Virus record (IMG/VR): IMGVR_UViG_3300010429_002210
Span: 2,308 to 66,307 of that record
DNA: 64,000 bases
From: a virus
Taxonomy: Duplodnaviria; Caudoviricetes
Reading direction: 5' to 3' (one strand)
The position numbers and the translations under genes were made by a program. Each line of letters opens with the position of its first letter. Position 1 is the first letter of the stretch. The notes beneath the pieces are model-generated. The model did not search any database. It was not told the origin of the DNA and saw nothing but the letters and a program-made list of their open reading frames with translations. Of the stretch, positions 1 to 7,723 are shown one piece after another.

Positions 1-1
1 A

Positions 2-19
2 GCTCTTTGAAAATTGAAT
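2..19 (+). promoter_or_regulatory. boxA-like antitermination element
   Basis: GCTCTTTGAAAATTGAAT resembles rrn boxA (TGCTCTTTAACA; GTTCTTTGAAAA type) at the head of a long co-oriented gene array. Confidence 0.4.
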
Positions 20-202
20 GATGGACCCCCAGCAAGCGAAGCCAACGGGCGCGCGAGCAGGAACCGCGAAGCGGGACGGGTGACGGGTTGCAACCCATGA
101 AGGTCAAGCTCATGGGACGCGGATTGAAAAAGACGCGTTAAGCCGGCCGACAGTTACTGCGACGACGGACAGCCTCTGCACGAGCAATCAGCGGACGGTG
201 CC

Positions 203-844
203 GGGGATGCATCATTCAAAAGTTTTAAGCGAGTACGACGGCGCTTGAAGCGCACCACAGCGGATGGTTTTCGGTGCGCCCGTCGAAATGGCGAACCGCT
301 CCGGATTATTCAAATTCACGCTCATCTAAATCATGATGCAACTTGACGATGCATCATGATTTCCCCTCATTCACCAAACGCCCGGGATGGCGGTGTAGCC
401 CCGCTTTTGTCCTCCTCAGGGACGGGAGCGTTCTGGTCTGACGCGGTGGTTGATGCAATCATGCATCCATGTGACCACCGCGAGTGACCGCTGCCGGGTA
501 CGTTCCGGTGGTGGTCGGCCATGCCGCGAGGCAGAGCATGTCAGACCCCGTCGCGGTCAGCGGTGTAAATGGCCCCTGGGTGGCACGCCAGTGTAAAGGT
601 GCCCGACGTTAAAGCACGTCGGTAAGCAAGAACTCGGGGATGCATCATTCATGATGCATCAGTCGCGCCCGTTTAAGCGGCAAAAAGAAGGACCACGACC
701 GTAGGCGTGGAAACGCAGTAAAAAGCGGAAATGATGCATAGCAGTCGGGATGCATCATTTCCGCTTTTTTGTGAAACAATCCAAGCATCATTCAATGAAT
801 GATGTTTCGATGATTTCACAAAAAATCGAGGAGGATGCATCATG
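203..844. repeat. cluster of GATGCATCAT / ATGCAT palindromic motifs
   Basis: ATGCAT at 207, 349, 461, 640, 654, 734, 750 and 835, mostly within GATGCATCAT or ATGATGCAT; further related copies at 785-801, 3554-3576 and 5461-5477. Confidence 0.85.
720..770 (+). terminator. 20-bp perfect inverted repeat followed by T tract
   Basis: AAAAAGCGGAAATGATGCAT (720-739) pairs with ATGCATCATTTCCGCTTTTT (750-769); 10-nt loop; could be a terminator or an operator. Confidence 0.55.
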
Positions 845-1036
845 AATTACTACGAAGCGATTGTAGCGGCAGCGCAGATGACGGGCAATTCGAGAGCGTC
901 TTACAAAACGGTGGCGCCCATCATTATCAAAGCGGCGCAGGCCATGGGTCAAGCGGTTGACGAACGAGCGCTTAAGACCGCCCACCGCGAGTTTAAAGCG
1001 GTGTTTACGAAGAAGCAGTTCTTCAGCAAGAATTAA
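842..1036 (+). CDS. hypothetical early protein (64 aa)
   Basis: GAGGAGG Shine-Dalgarno, first ORF of the array. Confidence 0.7.
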   Translation: MNYYEAIVAAAQMTGNSRASYKTVAPIIIKAAQAMGQAVDERALKTAHREFKAVFTKKQFFSKN

Positions 1037-1052
1037 AAGGAGGTTGCATATC

Positions 1053-1247
1053 ATGTTCGAGAAAGTACATTACAAAACGGACGAAGAAGGCAATGTTTTT
1101 TGCAATAACGTCGAGGAGTTAGCGGAGTTTGCAACGGACGGCATGTGGAAAAGCGTTGAAGATTTGGAAGCGGACACGGGTGTGGGCCGCGAGGAAATGA
1201 TTGGAAAATGGTTCATTATCGTGCACGGTCGCGTGTATCACGTGTAG
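1053..1247 (+). CDS. hypothetical early protein (64 aa)
   Basis: AAGGAGG SD before ATG 1053. Confidence 0.7.
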   Translation: MFEKVHYKTDEEGNVFCNNVEELAEFATDGMWKSVEDLEADTGVGREEMIGKWFIIVHGRVYHV

Positions 1248-1249
1248 CA

Positions 1250-1315
1250 CTCCAAGCAGAGCACGACCGCGAAAGCGGTCGTAATGCTACGGTCCGGTTG
1301 CAAGTCCGGACGGAG
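1250..1315 (+). ncRNA. structured RNA family A copy 1 (twister-sister-like ribozyme candidate)
   Basis: CTCC/GGAG closing stem; AGCA/TGCT; GAGC-AC...GT-AA internal loop; GAAA-capped hairpin; GTCCGG-TTGCAAGT-CCGGAC hairpin; covaries with copies 2 and 3. Confidence 0.75.
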
Positions 1316-1322
1316 GAAAAAC

Positions 1323-1610
1323 ATGGACGCGAAAAAAGGTACGCGGTTTGGGGTGCCCTGCTCTTTCAGAGAGCCAACGTCAAAACATCGGCCCGCCATT
1401 TGGGAGAACATGCTGGGCACAGTTTTTGCAATGAATGACGAGCGCAAGATTAAGTATTTTGATTACGATTACGAAGCGGCAAAAGCATACTCGGGAGTGA
1501 CCGAGGACGAGCGCGATTGCCGGTTGGCAGCATGGAAAGCGGTCGTGTATGACACCGACGGAAACAAGCCGCGCCGCGGTCAGATGGTTCTGTGGTGCAA
1601 GTGCAAGTAG
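1323..1610 (+). CDS. hypothetical early protein
   Basis: GGAGG SD (3' end of RNA motif A1) before ATG 1323. Confidence 0.7.
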   Translation: MDAKKGTRFGVPCSFREPTSKHRPAIWENMLGTVFAMNDERKIKYFDYDYEAAKAYSGVTEDERDCRLAAWKAVVYDTDGNKPRRGQMVLWCKCK

Positions 1611-1678
1611 CTCAGGCAGAGCACAGCGGCAGTCATTGCCGCTGTAATGCCACAGCCCGGTTGCAAGTCCGGGCGAGC
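1610..1678 (+). ncRNA. structured RNA family A copy 2
   Basis: GCTC/GAGC; GGCA/TGCC; ACAGCGGCA/TGCCGCTGT; GCCCGG-TTGCAAGT-CCGGGC. Confidence 0.75.
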
Positions 1679-1686
1679 AAAAAGAG

Positions 1687-1718
1687 TACTTGACAAGAAT
1701 GGGAAATGATGATAGAAC
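1687..1718 (+). promoter_or_regulatory. sigma70-type early promoter
   Basis: TTGACA (1690-1695), 17-bp spacer, TGn-TAGAAC; 28 bp identical to 9723-9750. Confidence 0.75.
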
Positions 1719-1741
1719 ACAAAATACGAGGAGGAGGCATC

Positions 1742-3037
1742 ATGAACGAGCAGCGCACGTTTGGCATCGAGCTGGAATTCAAAAGCTCTGCCAACCATGC
1801 GGACGTTACGGAGCGCATCAACACGGCGCTCAGGAGCGTCGCATGGGAAACGGGTGAGGACCACCATACCGCTTGGAATTATGGTGGTTATCGGCACGAC
1901 ACCAATCAGAGCAACCGCACGACGTGGACGGTCAAAACGGACGCCAGCATCAATAACGATGGCGTCATGGCGAGCCACCCCCATGGCGTGGAAGTTGTCA
2001 GCCCCATCCTGAAAGGTTCCAAGTCGTTCAAGATTATCAAAGCGGTTTGCGAAGCAATCACACCCATCGCGAAAATCACCAGGACTTGTGGTTTTCACGT
2101 TCACCACGGGGTGCTGGCCGCCGAGCTGCGAGACATCGCAAACGCATGGTGGAAAGTTGAACGTCCCATCATGACGTTGGTTCCCAGCAGCCGTCGTGAC
2201 AACCGTTTCTGTCAGACATGGCAGCGGCAGTTTGGAACTCGGTCGGAAAATTACTTCTTCAATCCGTCGGTGGGTGTCGATCGGATCCGCCACACGTTTC
2301 AGATGACCGGTCGGTACTTGACGCTCAATTTCTGCAGCTTCTGGTCTCATGGGACTGTCGAATTCCGCGTTCACAGCGGCACGAACGACGCCGACAAAGT
2401 CATCAACTGGGTGGTTTACACGCAGTCGGTGATCGAGAAAGCGCATGTCATTGCCAGGTCGGAAGGTCAGCCCGCGAACGAGCAGGACATCGAGTGGGCG
2501 CACGAGATCATGATGCAGAAAGAGTACGAGCGCGCGCCGATGACGACCGAGCAGTACACCGAGATGGTGCGCGAAAATCCGCATCGGAACTACTCCTATC
2601 GGTCGGGTCGCAGGAGCGGTAGTCGTAGCCGCCGGGTTAGATACACGGTGGACGAGCGCCGAGTCCGCGATCTCGTCCTCTCCCTCATGAATGGGAGCAT
2701 GACGACCATGCAGATCAACTTCCGGATCCTGCAGCTCTTTCAGGAAAGCACGGCCCCTGGGATTCCCCGAACGGTCGAGGAAGCGCACCAGTGGCATTCT
2801 CGCGCTCAGCGGCAGCTCCAGCGCGAAGGCTACACGCTCCGGGCAGTCAATCGGCGGTTCTGGATTGCCACCCCGCCCGAAGCCCAGCAGGTGGAAACGG
2901 AAACCCACCGGATGGTGCCCAGGACGAGGGAGCGTGAGGTCTATGGCCATGAGCATGTGGAACTCACGGATGAGTCGGTCGAAATGATTGCTCAGGCAAT
3001 CGAATGGGCCCGCGATCGGCAGCGGCAGTTCCGATAA
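1742..3037 (+). CDS. putative amidoligase (COOH-NH2 ligase, Amidoligase_2-type)
   Basis: RTFGIELEF, VKTDASI, GVEVVSPIL, TCGFHVH, RYLTLN and GTVEFR motifs; GATase and GGCT genes nearby. Confidence 0.85.
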   Translation: MNEQRTFGIELEFKSSANHADVTERINTALRSVAWETGEDHHTAWNYGGYRHDTNQSNRTTWTVKTDASINNDGVMASHPHGVEVVSPILKGSKSFKIIKAVCEAITPIAKITRTCGFHVHHGVLAAELRDIANAWWKVERPIMTLVPSSRRDNRFCQTWQRQFGTRSENYFFNPSVGVDRIRHTFQMTGRYLTLNFCSFWSHGTVEFRVHSGTNDADKVINWVVYTQSVIEKAHVIARSEGQPANEQDIEWAHEIMMQKEYERAPMTTEQYTEMVRENPHRNYSYRSGRRSGSRSRRVRYTVDERRVRDLVLSLMNGSMTTMQINFRILQLFQESTAPGIPRTVEEAHQWHSRAQRQLQREGYTLRAVNRRFWIATPPEAQQVETETHRMVPRTREREVYGHEHVELTDESVEMIAQAIEWARDRQRQFR

Positions 3038-3038
3038 A

Positions 3039-3110
3039 GTGCAAGCAGAGCACACCGACCGTAGGAGCGGTCGGTGTAATGCTACTCCCAGGTTGCAAGT
3101 CCTGGGGCAC
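3039..3110 (+). ncRNA. structured RNA family A copy 3
   Basis: GTGC/GCAC; AGCA/TGCT; ACACCGACC/GGTCGGTGT; CCCAGG-TTGCAAGT-CCTGGG. Confidence 0.75.
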
Positions 3111-3120
3111 GGAGGTGACG

Positions 3121-3333
3121 ATGGCAAGGATACTGGTAGACAAGTACGACGGCCACGTTGAGGCGAAGCTCAAGGAGTTTTGTTTTCGTCATCATGTGAA
3201 AATCGAGGAACGCTACACGACGCAAAGCGGCAACGCGAAGGTCGCGACGAAGCGTGCGAAGGTGTCAAAACTCAACGGGGAAATCATGCGGCTTGTCTAC
3301 GACACGTCGCGCAGGGTTTGGTACAACTCATAA
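3121..3333 (+). CDS. hypothetical early protein
   Basis: GGAGGTG SD before ATG 3121. Confidence 0.65.
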   Translation: MARILVDKYDGHVEAKLKEFCFRHHVKIEERYTTQSGNAKVATKRAKVSKLNGEIMRLVYDTSRRVWYNS

Positions 3334-3349
3334 AAGGAGGTAGTGCATC

Positions 3350-3547
3350 ATGGCAGTCAATACAGCGTACAGTCGGAACCGGGACTGGTCGGTTGGTGCC
3401 ACTGTGAAGGTCGGGTTCCTCACGCTGATCGTCACGGGGTGCAAAGCGGTAAAGGACGGGATGCCTGACATCTACACGCTGAAAAGCGTGGATGGAAGGA
3501 AGCTCTACGAGTTCATTCCCCACAACGGACTGCGACGGATCGGATAA
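3350..3547 (+). CDS. hypothetical early protein
   Basis: AAGGAGG SD. Confidence 0.7.
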   Translation: MAVNTAYSRNRDWSVGATVKVGFLTLIVTGCKAVKDGMPDIYTLKSVDGRKLYEFIPHNGLRRIG

Positions 3548-3607
3548 CCCTGTGGGATGCATCATTCATGCATCCCGGCGCTATACAAGATAAGGGTTGA
3601 AAAGCGC
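3547..3607 (+). ncRNA. structured RNA family B copy 1 (pseudoknot)
   Basis: ACCCT/AGGGT stem, 9-bp hairpin, GCGCT/AGCGC pseudoknot stem. Confidence 0.7.
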
Positions 3608-3632
3608 GAACTTCAAGTAACAGGAGGATGTC

Positions 3633-3809
3633 ATGGCAAAGACGGTTAGAATTCAATTCTTAGAGCCGCGTCGGCCCGGTCGGCTGGTGCGGAAAGCCAG
3701 AATCATTCGGACGCAGAAGCAGGACCAGCGCCTCTGGGTTGAAGAGGTCCAGGAGATCCGTGGGCGCAAGTTCAAGATCATGGTCCCCAATCCCCAGCTC
3801 GGAGTGTAA
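3633..3809 (+). CDS. hypothetical protein (58 aa, MAKTVRIQF...)
   Basis: read manually; CAGGAGG SD; below ORF-track length cut-off. Confidence 0.6.
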   Translation: MAKTVRIQFLEPRRPGRLVRKARIIRTQKQDQRLWVEEVQEIRGRKFKIMVPNPQLGV

Positions 3810-3823
3810 AGGAGGAGAGTGTC

Positions 3824-4894
3824 ATGTGCGGCATCTATGGGTACGTTGGCAAGCCATTCAACAAGGAGAAACTGTGCATGCTCATGAAGAACCTGGCCAT
3901 CGCAACAGAGGTCAGGGGCACTGACAGCACAGGGGTGGTTGCCACCACACGGCGGAAGGCTTACTTCTCCAAAGCCGTGGAGAAAGCGTCCAAGTTCGTC
4001 CAGCACGGTGACTTCGAGAAAGCCATCGTGACGCGTGGTTGCCGGTACTTCCTGGGCCATAACAGGGCGGCATCCTGTGGCGGAGTGACGGTTCCGAACG
4101 CGCACCCGTTCAAGGGTGAAAAGTTCTTCCTGGTGCACAACGGTACGTCGCGTGTTGCGAATCAGATGTGCGACGAGCGTGGTCTGGTCCGCGAGGGTCA
4201 GACAGACAGCGAAGCCATCCTGAAACTGATCGAGGCCGACGGGCTGAAAAGCAGTGAAGATCTGCTCAACAAGCTCACGGATTTTAGCATCGTTCTGCTC
4301 GACTACAAGAAGCGGAACGGCGCGCTGTATTTCTTCCGAAACCACATGAAACCCATGTACGTGGCGGATCTCAGGAAGTGGTTTGGTGTCAGGATTTTCG
4401 CGAGCACCAAGGAGATCCTGGAGCGTGCCATCCTCCGCACCTTCAACCTCAAGGTGGAGCAGGTTCAGGAAATTCTGTCCACCGGATGGAACACTCGGCC
4501 GGGTTGCATCTACCGAGTGACCGCGAAAGACGGCGAGTTCCAGAACATCGGAAAGTTCCTGTGGGAGGAGACGGAGGCACACCTGAGGCAAAGGTTGGCC
4601 GCTCAGCAGGAACGCGATGAAGAGCGCCAGCAGCGCCGCTCAGACCGCGCTGTCATGAAAGAGACAAAGCGCATCCTGACCAGGGACAGTCAGGGAGCAC
4701 TGCCGTACAGGACAGAGCAGAAACCGTCGGGGATTGAAGTTGGGACGGTTAAGACGACCGATTCCAAAATCGACGCATGGCGGAAGTGGGAGAAGGAGCA
4801 CCTGGGAAACTGGATGGAGGACGACCTCTACATCCATCGGGTGGCCAGCAGGGACTACATGCGCTCCATGAAGAAAAGGGGGAAGCTCCACTAA
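3824..4894 (+). CDS. class II glutamine amidotransferase (Ntn hydrolase)
   Basis: N-terminal MCGIYG, RGTDSTG, GHNRAAS, NAHPF, HNGT, TDSE. Confidence 0.9.
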   Translation: MCGIYGYVGKPFNKEKLCMLMKNLAIATEVRGTDSTGVVATTRRKAYFSKAVEKASKFVQHGDFEKAIVTRGCRYFLGHNRAASCGGVTVPNAHPFKGEKFFLVHNGTSRVANQMCDERGLVREGQTDSEAILKLIEADGLKSSEDLLNKLTDFSIVLLDYKKRNGALYFFRNHMKPMYVADLRKWFGVRIFASTKEILERAILRTFNLKVEQVQEILSTGWNTRPGCIYRVTAKDGEFQNIGKFLWEETEAHLRQRLAAQQERDEERQQRRSDRAVMKETKRILTRDSQGALPYRTEQKPSGIEVGTVKTTDSKIDAWRKWEKEHLGNWMEDDLYIHRVASRDYMRSMKKRGKLH

Positions 4895-5025
4895 TGCGAA
4901 AAGACATCAAAGAAGTGCTCGACTTTGTCGGGTACGTTGTGGGTGGCATCCTGTTCTTTGTCGGGCTTGTAATGCTGCTCGGGTTCGGTGACATAGTGCT
5001 GGAATTGGTTCGTAATGCATTCTAA
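4894..5025 (+). CDS. small membrane protein
   Basis: overlapping TAATG junction; hydrophobic helix. Confidence 0.55.
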   Translation: MRKDIKEVLDFVGYVVGGILFFVGLVMLLGFGDIVLELVRNAF

Positions 5026-5037
5026 AGGAGGAGAACT

Positions 5038-5439
5038 ATGGGAATGGTATTCGTGTATGGGTCGTTGAAAACTGGTGGTTACAATAGCTGTCTGATGGTG
5101 GGTTCCGAGTTCATCGGTCGAGCCCACATGTGCAGGAAGTACTTGATGGTGAGCCTGGGACCGTTTCCGGGTCTGCTCTACAATCACGACGCGAAAGTGC
5201 CCGCAAGCGGTGAGGTCTACAAGGTCTCCAAAAAGACCTTGAAGCGGTTGGATCAGCTCGAGGGCCACCCCAACTTCTACCGCAGGAAGCGCGTCTGGGT
5301 CAACCTGGGTGGTGGGAAGAAAGTTCGCTGCTGGGTGTACTTTTACAACCCGCCGATCCACCCCCAAACGGTGAAGGACAGGGCAGTTGCCAGCGGGCAC
5401 TGGCCTTGCACACCAGTTCGTGCAGCCTCTACCATGTAG
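5038..5439 (+). CDS. gamma-glutamylcyclotransferase (GGCT/AIG2-like)
   Basis: VFVYGSLK, GEVY and LDQLEGHPNFYRR motifs. Confidence 0.9.
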   Translation: MGMVFVYGSLKTGGYNSCLMVGSEFIGRAHMCRKYLMVSLGPFPGLLYNHDAKVPASGEVYKVSKKTLKRLDQLEGHPNFYRRKRVWVNLGGGKKVRCWVYFYNPPIHPQTVKDRAVASGHWPCTPVRAASTM

Positions 5440-5445
5440 ATGTAG

Positions 5446-5523
5446 CGTTCTGCGGGTATGGCATCATTCAATGAATGGTGCCATGCACTGGAGCATGTTA
5501 CAAAAAGGAACGGAGGTGATCCA
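5446..5523 (+). ncRNA. structured RNA family B divergent copy
   Basis: CGTTCT/(A)GGAACG stem, GCG, long hairpin, TGGAGCAT/GTGATCCA (one mismatch), ACAAAAAGG linker; same order of elements as the other B copies. Confidence 0.45.
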
Positions 5524-5793
5524 ATGCGACTCACAGTAACGACGGAGCAGGGTCACGTTTTCAGGGGAGACAATGCGAAGCAAATTGTCTACCGCATGAT
5601 GAAGCGAGACTTTATGGTGACAACCAAAACAGACTACATGGCGGAGGTCAGGCAACGCGTCAAGATCATCTACGGATGGGAGATCGGGATTGCCAATCAC
5701 GAGGAGTTCCTCAGATTGCCAATCACGAGGAGTTCCTCAACGATCTGGAAAAGTACGGGCTGATAACTGTTTCAGTAAATGAGGAGGTGAAGT
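5524..5793 (+). pseudogene. hypothetical gene frameshifted by a 26-bp tandem duplication
   Basis: GATTGCCAATCACGAGGAGTTCCTCA repeated at 5688-5713 and 5714-5739; removing one copy restores ...EEFLNDLEKYGLITVSVNEEVK* ending just before the next gene. Confidence 0.6.
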
Positions 5794-5796
5794 GAA

Positions 5797-6243
5797 ATGC
5801 CAGAGACGTTACAACTGTCGCTCTCCGCTCCCAGAGCGGGGGAAGAGGTGGTCGCGGCCGTTTACGAACTGACGGGCCAGCGTCCGAAGTCCAAGAAAGA
5901 GAAGTACATCTTCGTCCACGCGACAGAAGATCCCGGCGTGGTGGTGGGGTGCGTGGCCGTGAAGAAGCTCAACTGGGCCATGTCGGAAATCCGTCACTTG
6001 TACGTCCAGGAAGCGTACCGAACTCGGGGCATTGGCAGGAAACTCATCCAAGAGGCACTTGCCCATGTCCAGACCCCGATGGTGTGCTCCACCGTTGACC
6101 TTCGGAACCAGGCAAGCCTCAAGGCGTTCTACGCACATATGTTCATTCCGAGGGAACTATTCCCGAACTACGCCACGGGGCATACTGTCCAACTCCTCAT
6201 CAAAGTCATGCCACCGCCCCGTCGGGCGTCCATGCTCCAGTAA
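5797..6243 (+). CDS. GNAT family acetyltransferase
   Basis: EIRHLYVQEAYRTRGIGRKLI acetyl-CoA binding motif A. Confidence 0.85.
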   Translation: MPETLQLSLSAPRAGEEVVAAVYELTGQRPKSKKEKYIFVHATEDPGVVVGCVAVKKLNWAMSEIRHLYVQEAYRTRGIGRKLIQEALAHVQTPMVCSTVDLRNQASLKAFYAHMFIPRELFPNYATGHTVQLLIKVMPPPRRASMLQ

Positions 6244-6264
6244 CCAAGAAAGGGGGACGAGCAC

Positions 6265-6552
6265 ATGTTCAGCATTATCCACCTCAGAGAAGCGTTCAGT
6301 ATGGAAACACGTGCCCTTGTCTACCATGAGCAGGGAGTGCCCGAGATGGTTCCGGGCTACCCCGAGGGCCCAGCGATGTCCTTCTTCCTACTTGACCTGA
6401 AAACGAAGGCGGTCAAGGAACTTACGAAGGACGAACTCCGAGCCATTTACAAGTACGTCCAGTACAAACGTGACCGAATCTTCGTCTGGCAGTATTTGAA
6501 AGGTGACCCGTACGAGGGCGCCGAAGCGGCAATGGGGGCTAACATCCGCTAA
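6265..6552 (+). CDS. hypothetical protein
   Basis: purine-rich SD, co-oriented with the array. Confidence 0.65.
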   Translation: MFSIIHLREAFSMETRALVYHEQGVPEMVPGYPEGPAMSFFLLDLKTKAVKELTKDELRAIYKYVQYKRDRIFVWQYLKGDPYEGAEAAMGANIR

Positions 6553-6556
6553 TACG

Positions 6557-6613
6557 ACCCTGTGGGGACGCGAAAGCGTCCCCGGCATCTAAAACAAAAG
6601 GGTGGAAGGATGC
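6557..6613 (+). ncRNA. structured RNA family B copy 2
   Basis: ACCCT/AGGGT; GGGGACGC-GAAA-GCGTCCCC; compensatory pseudoknot GCATCT/GGATGC. Confidence 0.7.
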
Positions 6614-6643
6614 GAAACTTGAACAGAAAGGAGGTGATGCTTC

Positions 6644-6781
6644 ATGGTGAAAACCATCACTGTCGCGGTGGTCATCGCAGTCGTTGCGTACCACATCCTG
6701 GCGGGCTTGGCGGAACGTTGTTTACTCAAGTACAAGGTGTACGAAGTTCGCGATCGTATCGAACTGATCGTGGGAAAGTGA
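6644..6781 (+). CDS. small membrane protein (45 aa)
   Basis: AAGGAGGTG SD; hydrophobic N-terminus; read manually. Confidence 0.55.
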   Translation: MVKTITVAVVIAVVAYHILAGLAERCLLKYKVYEVRDRIELIVGK

Positions 6782-6862
6782 GAAGAACATGTTCAGGCTT
6801 TTCATCAACTTACTGTTTTGGGGAGTGCCGATCCTGTGGTACCTCTCACGGGTGCAGGTGAT

Positions 6863-7348
6863 ATGATGGAACAGGAACTTCGGTCCATCTTACGGCGCGT
6901 CAAGAACAGGGTGTTCGAAGAACGGTACTTTGACGAAGAGGTTGCTTACACGATTCCGAGGATCGAGGCAACAGCAAAGGACGTCGACCTGACTTGCACC
7001 GAGGTGTTGGAGCATGTTTCGGAGTACATTGAAAGACTCCCAAACGCGCACCCTATTCAGGCGCTCTGGACACTGTCGGAGATCACGGCCCACATGTCAT
7101 GGGAACCAACCGTGAAACCAATCAGGAAACCGATCCAAAAGCCCCCACAGGAGACGTACAGGTCCGAAACGGTATCATTACTCAGAAGGAGGCAACAAGA
7201 TGGCACGACAGGTGCAGTTGAGAACGTACTCCGAAGAAGAGGTCAGCAAGAACATCCGCAAGAACATCGAGACGCTGAAACGCGACCTGGACATCCAAGA
7301 AAAAGTACTCCAGGTTCTTTCGGACTTCGAGAACAAAAGCATCACTAA
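6863..7348 (+). CDS. hypothetical protein
   Basis: ORF; 3' end overlaps the next gene by about 150 nt, so the true end is uncertain. Confidence 0.5.
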   Translation: MMEQELRSILRRVKNRVFEERYFDEEVAYTIPRIEATAKDVDLTCTEVLEHVSEYIERLPNAHPIQALWTLSEITAHMSWEPTVKPIRKPIQKPPQETYRSETVSLLRRRQQDGTTGAVENVLRRRGQQEHPQEHRDAETRPGHPRKSTPGSFGLREQKHH

Positions 7349-7715
7349 GCGGATGGCTACCGCGTTCACGAATCGGGTGACCAACGTGTCGGCAACGGTG
7401 GAACACAACTACGGTCTCTGGCACTTCAACGTCTACACGAAGAACCCCGAGAATCCCTGTATGCGTGACCGTCGGCAGTTCTTCCTGGGTCACTACAACG
7501 ACGTAAAGTATCTCACCACCGAACGACTTCAATCACTTCGCAACGCTTTTGTCAGAGACAAGGGGCGGCTGGCCCACTACGAGGCCGCTGTTGCAAAAGT
7601 ACCTGAGTGGGTGGCAAAGTACAACGAAGCCGTCCTGCACATGCAAGCGGTGTATGACAGCATGCGCGAGGCGGAGACGGAGTACAGTCTGCCCATTGGT
7701 TACCTCTTTGACTAG
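7200..7715 (+). CDS. hypothetical protein
   Basis: AAGGAGG SD; 171 aa. Confidence 0.75.
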   Translation: MARQVQLRTYSEEEVSKNIRKNIETLKRDLDIQEKVLQVLSDFENKSITKRMATAFTNRVTNVSATVEHNYGLWHFNVYTKNPENPCMRDRRQFFLGHYNDVKYLTTERLQSLRNAFVRDKGRLAHYEAAVAKVPEWVAKYNEAVLHMQAVYDSMREAETEYSLPIGYLFD

Positions 7716-7723
7716 GAGGTAGC

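Noticed and set aside
1-20. rRNA operon implied by the boxA-like sequence
   Set aside because: No rRNA-like sequence follows; downstream genes are phage early genes.
84-99. GGGTTGCAACCC hairpin as a fourth family A RNA
   Set aside because: The loop differs and the flanking GCAGAGCAC/GTAATGC elements are missing.
1608-1680. tRNA gene suggested by TAGCTCAGGCAGAGCA and GGTTGCAAGTCC
   Set aside because: There is no 7-bp acceptor stem, the T-like loop has 8 nt, there is no 7-nt anticodon loop and no CCA; the three copies fit a different covarying fold.
1580-3127. 515-aa minus-strand ORF, and similar long antisense ORFs at 3653-4591, 14082-14906, 19075-19656, 26652-27305 and 41806-42540
   Set aside because: These are shadow frames opposite well-supported plus-strand genes, with no motifs or ribosome-binding sites.
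3547-3607. Family B as hammerhead or HDV-like ribozyme
   Set aside because: There is no CUGANGA/GAAA core. The minus strand has HDV-like stem order but no P3/L3 in copy 2, and the GAAA loop favours the plus strand.
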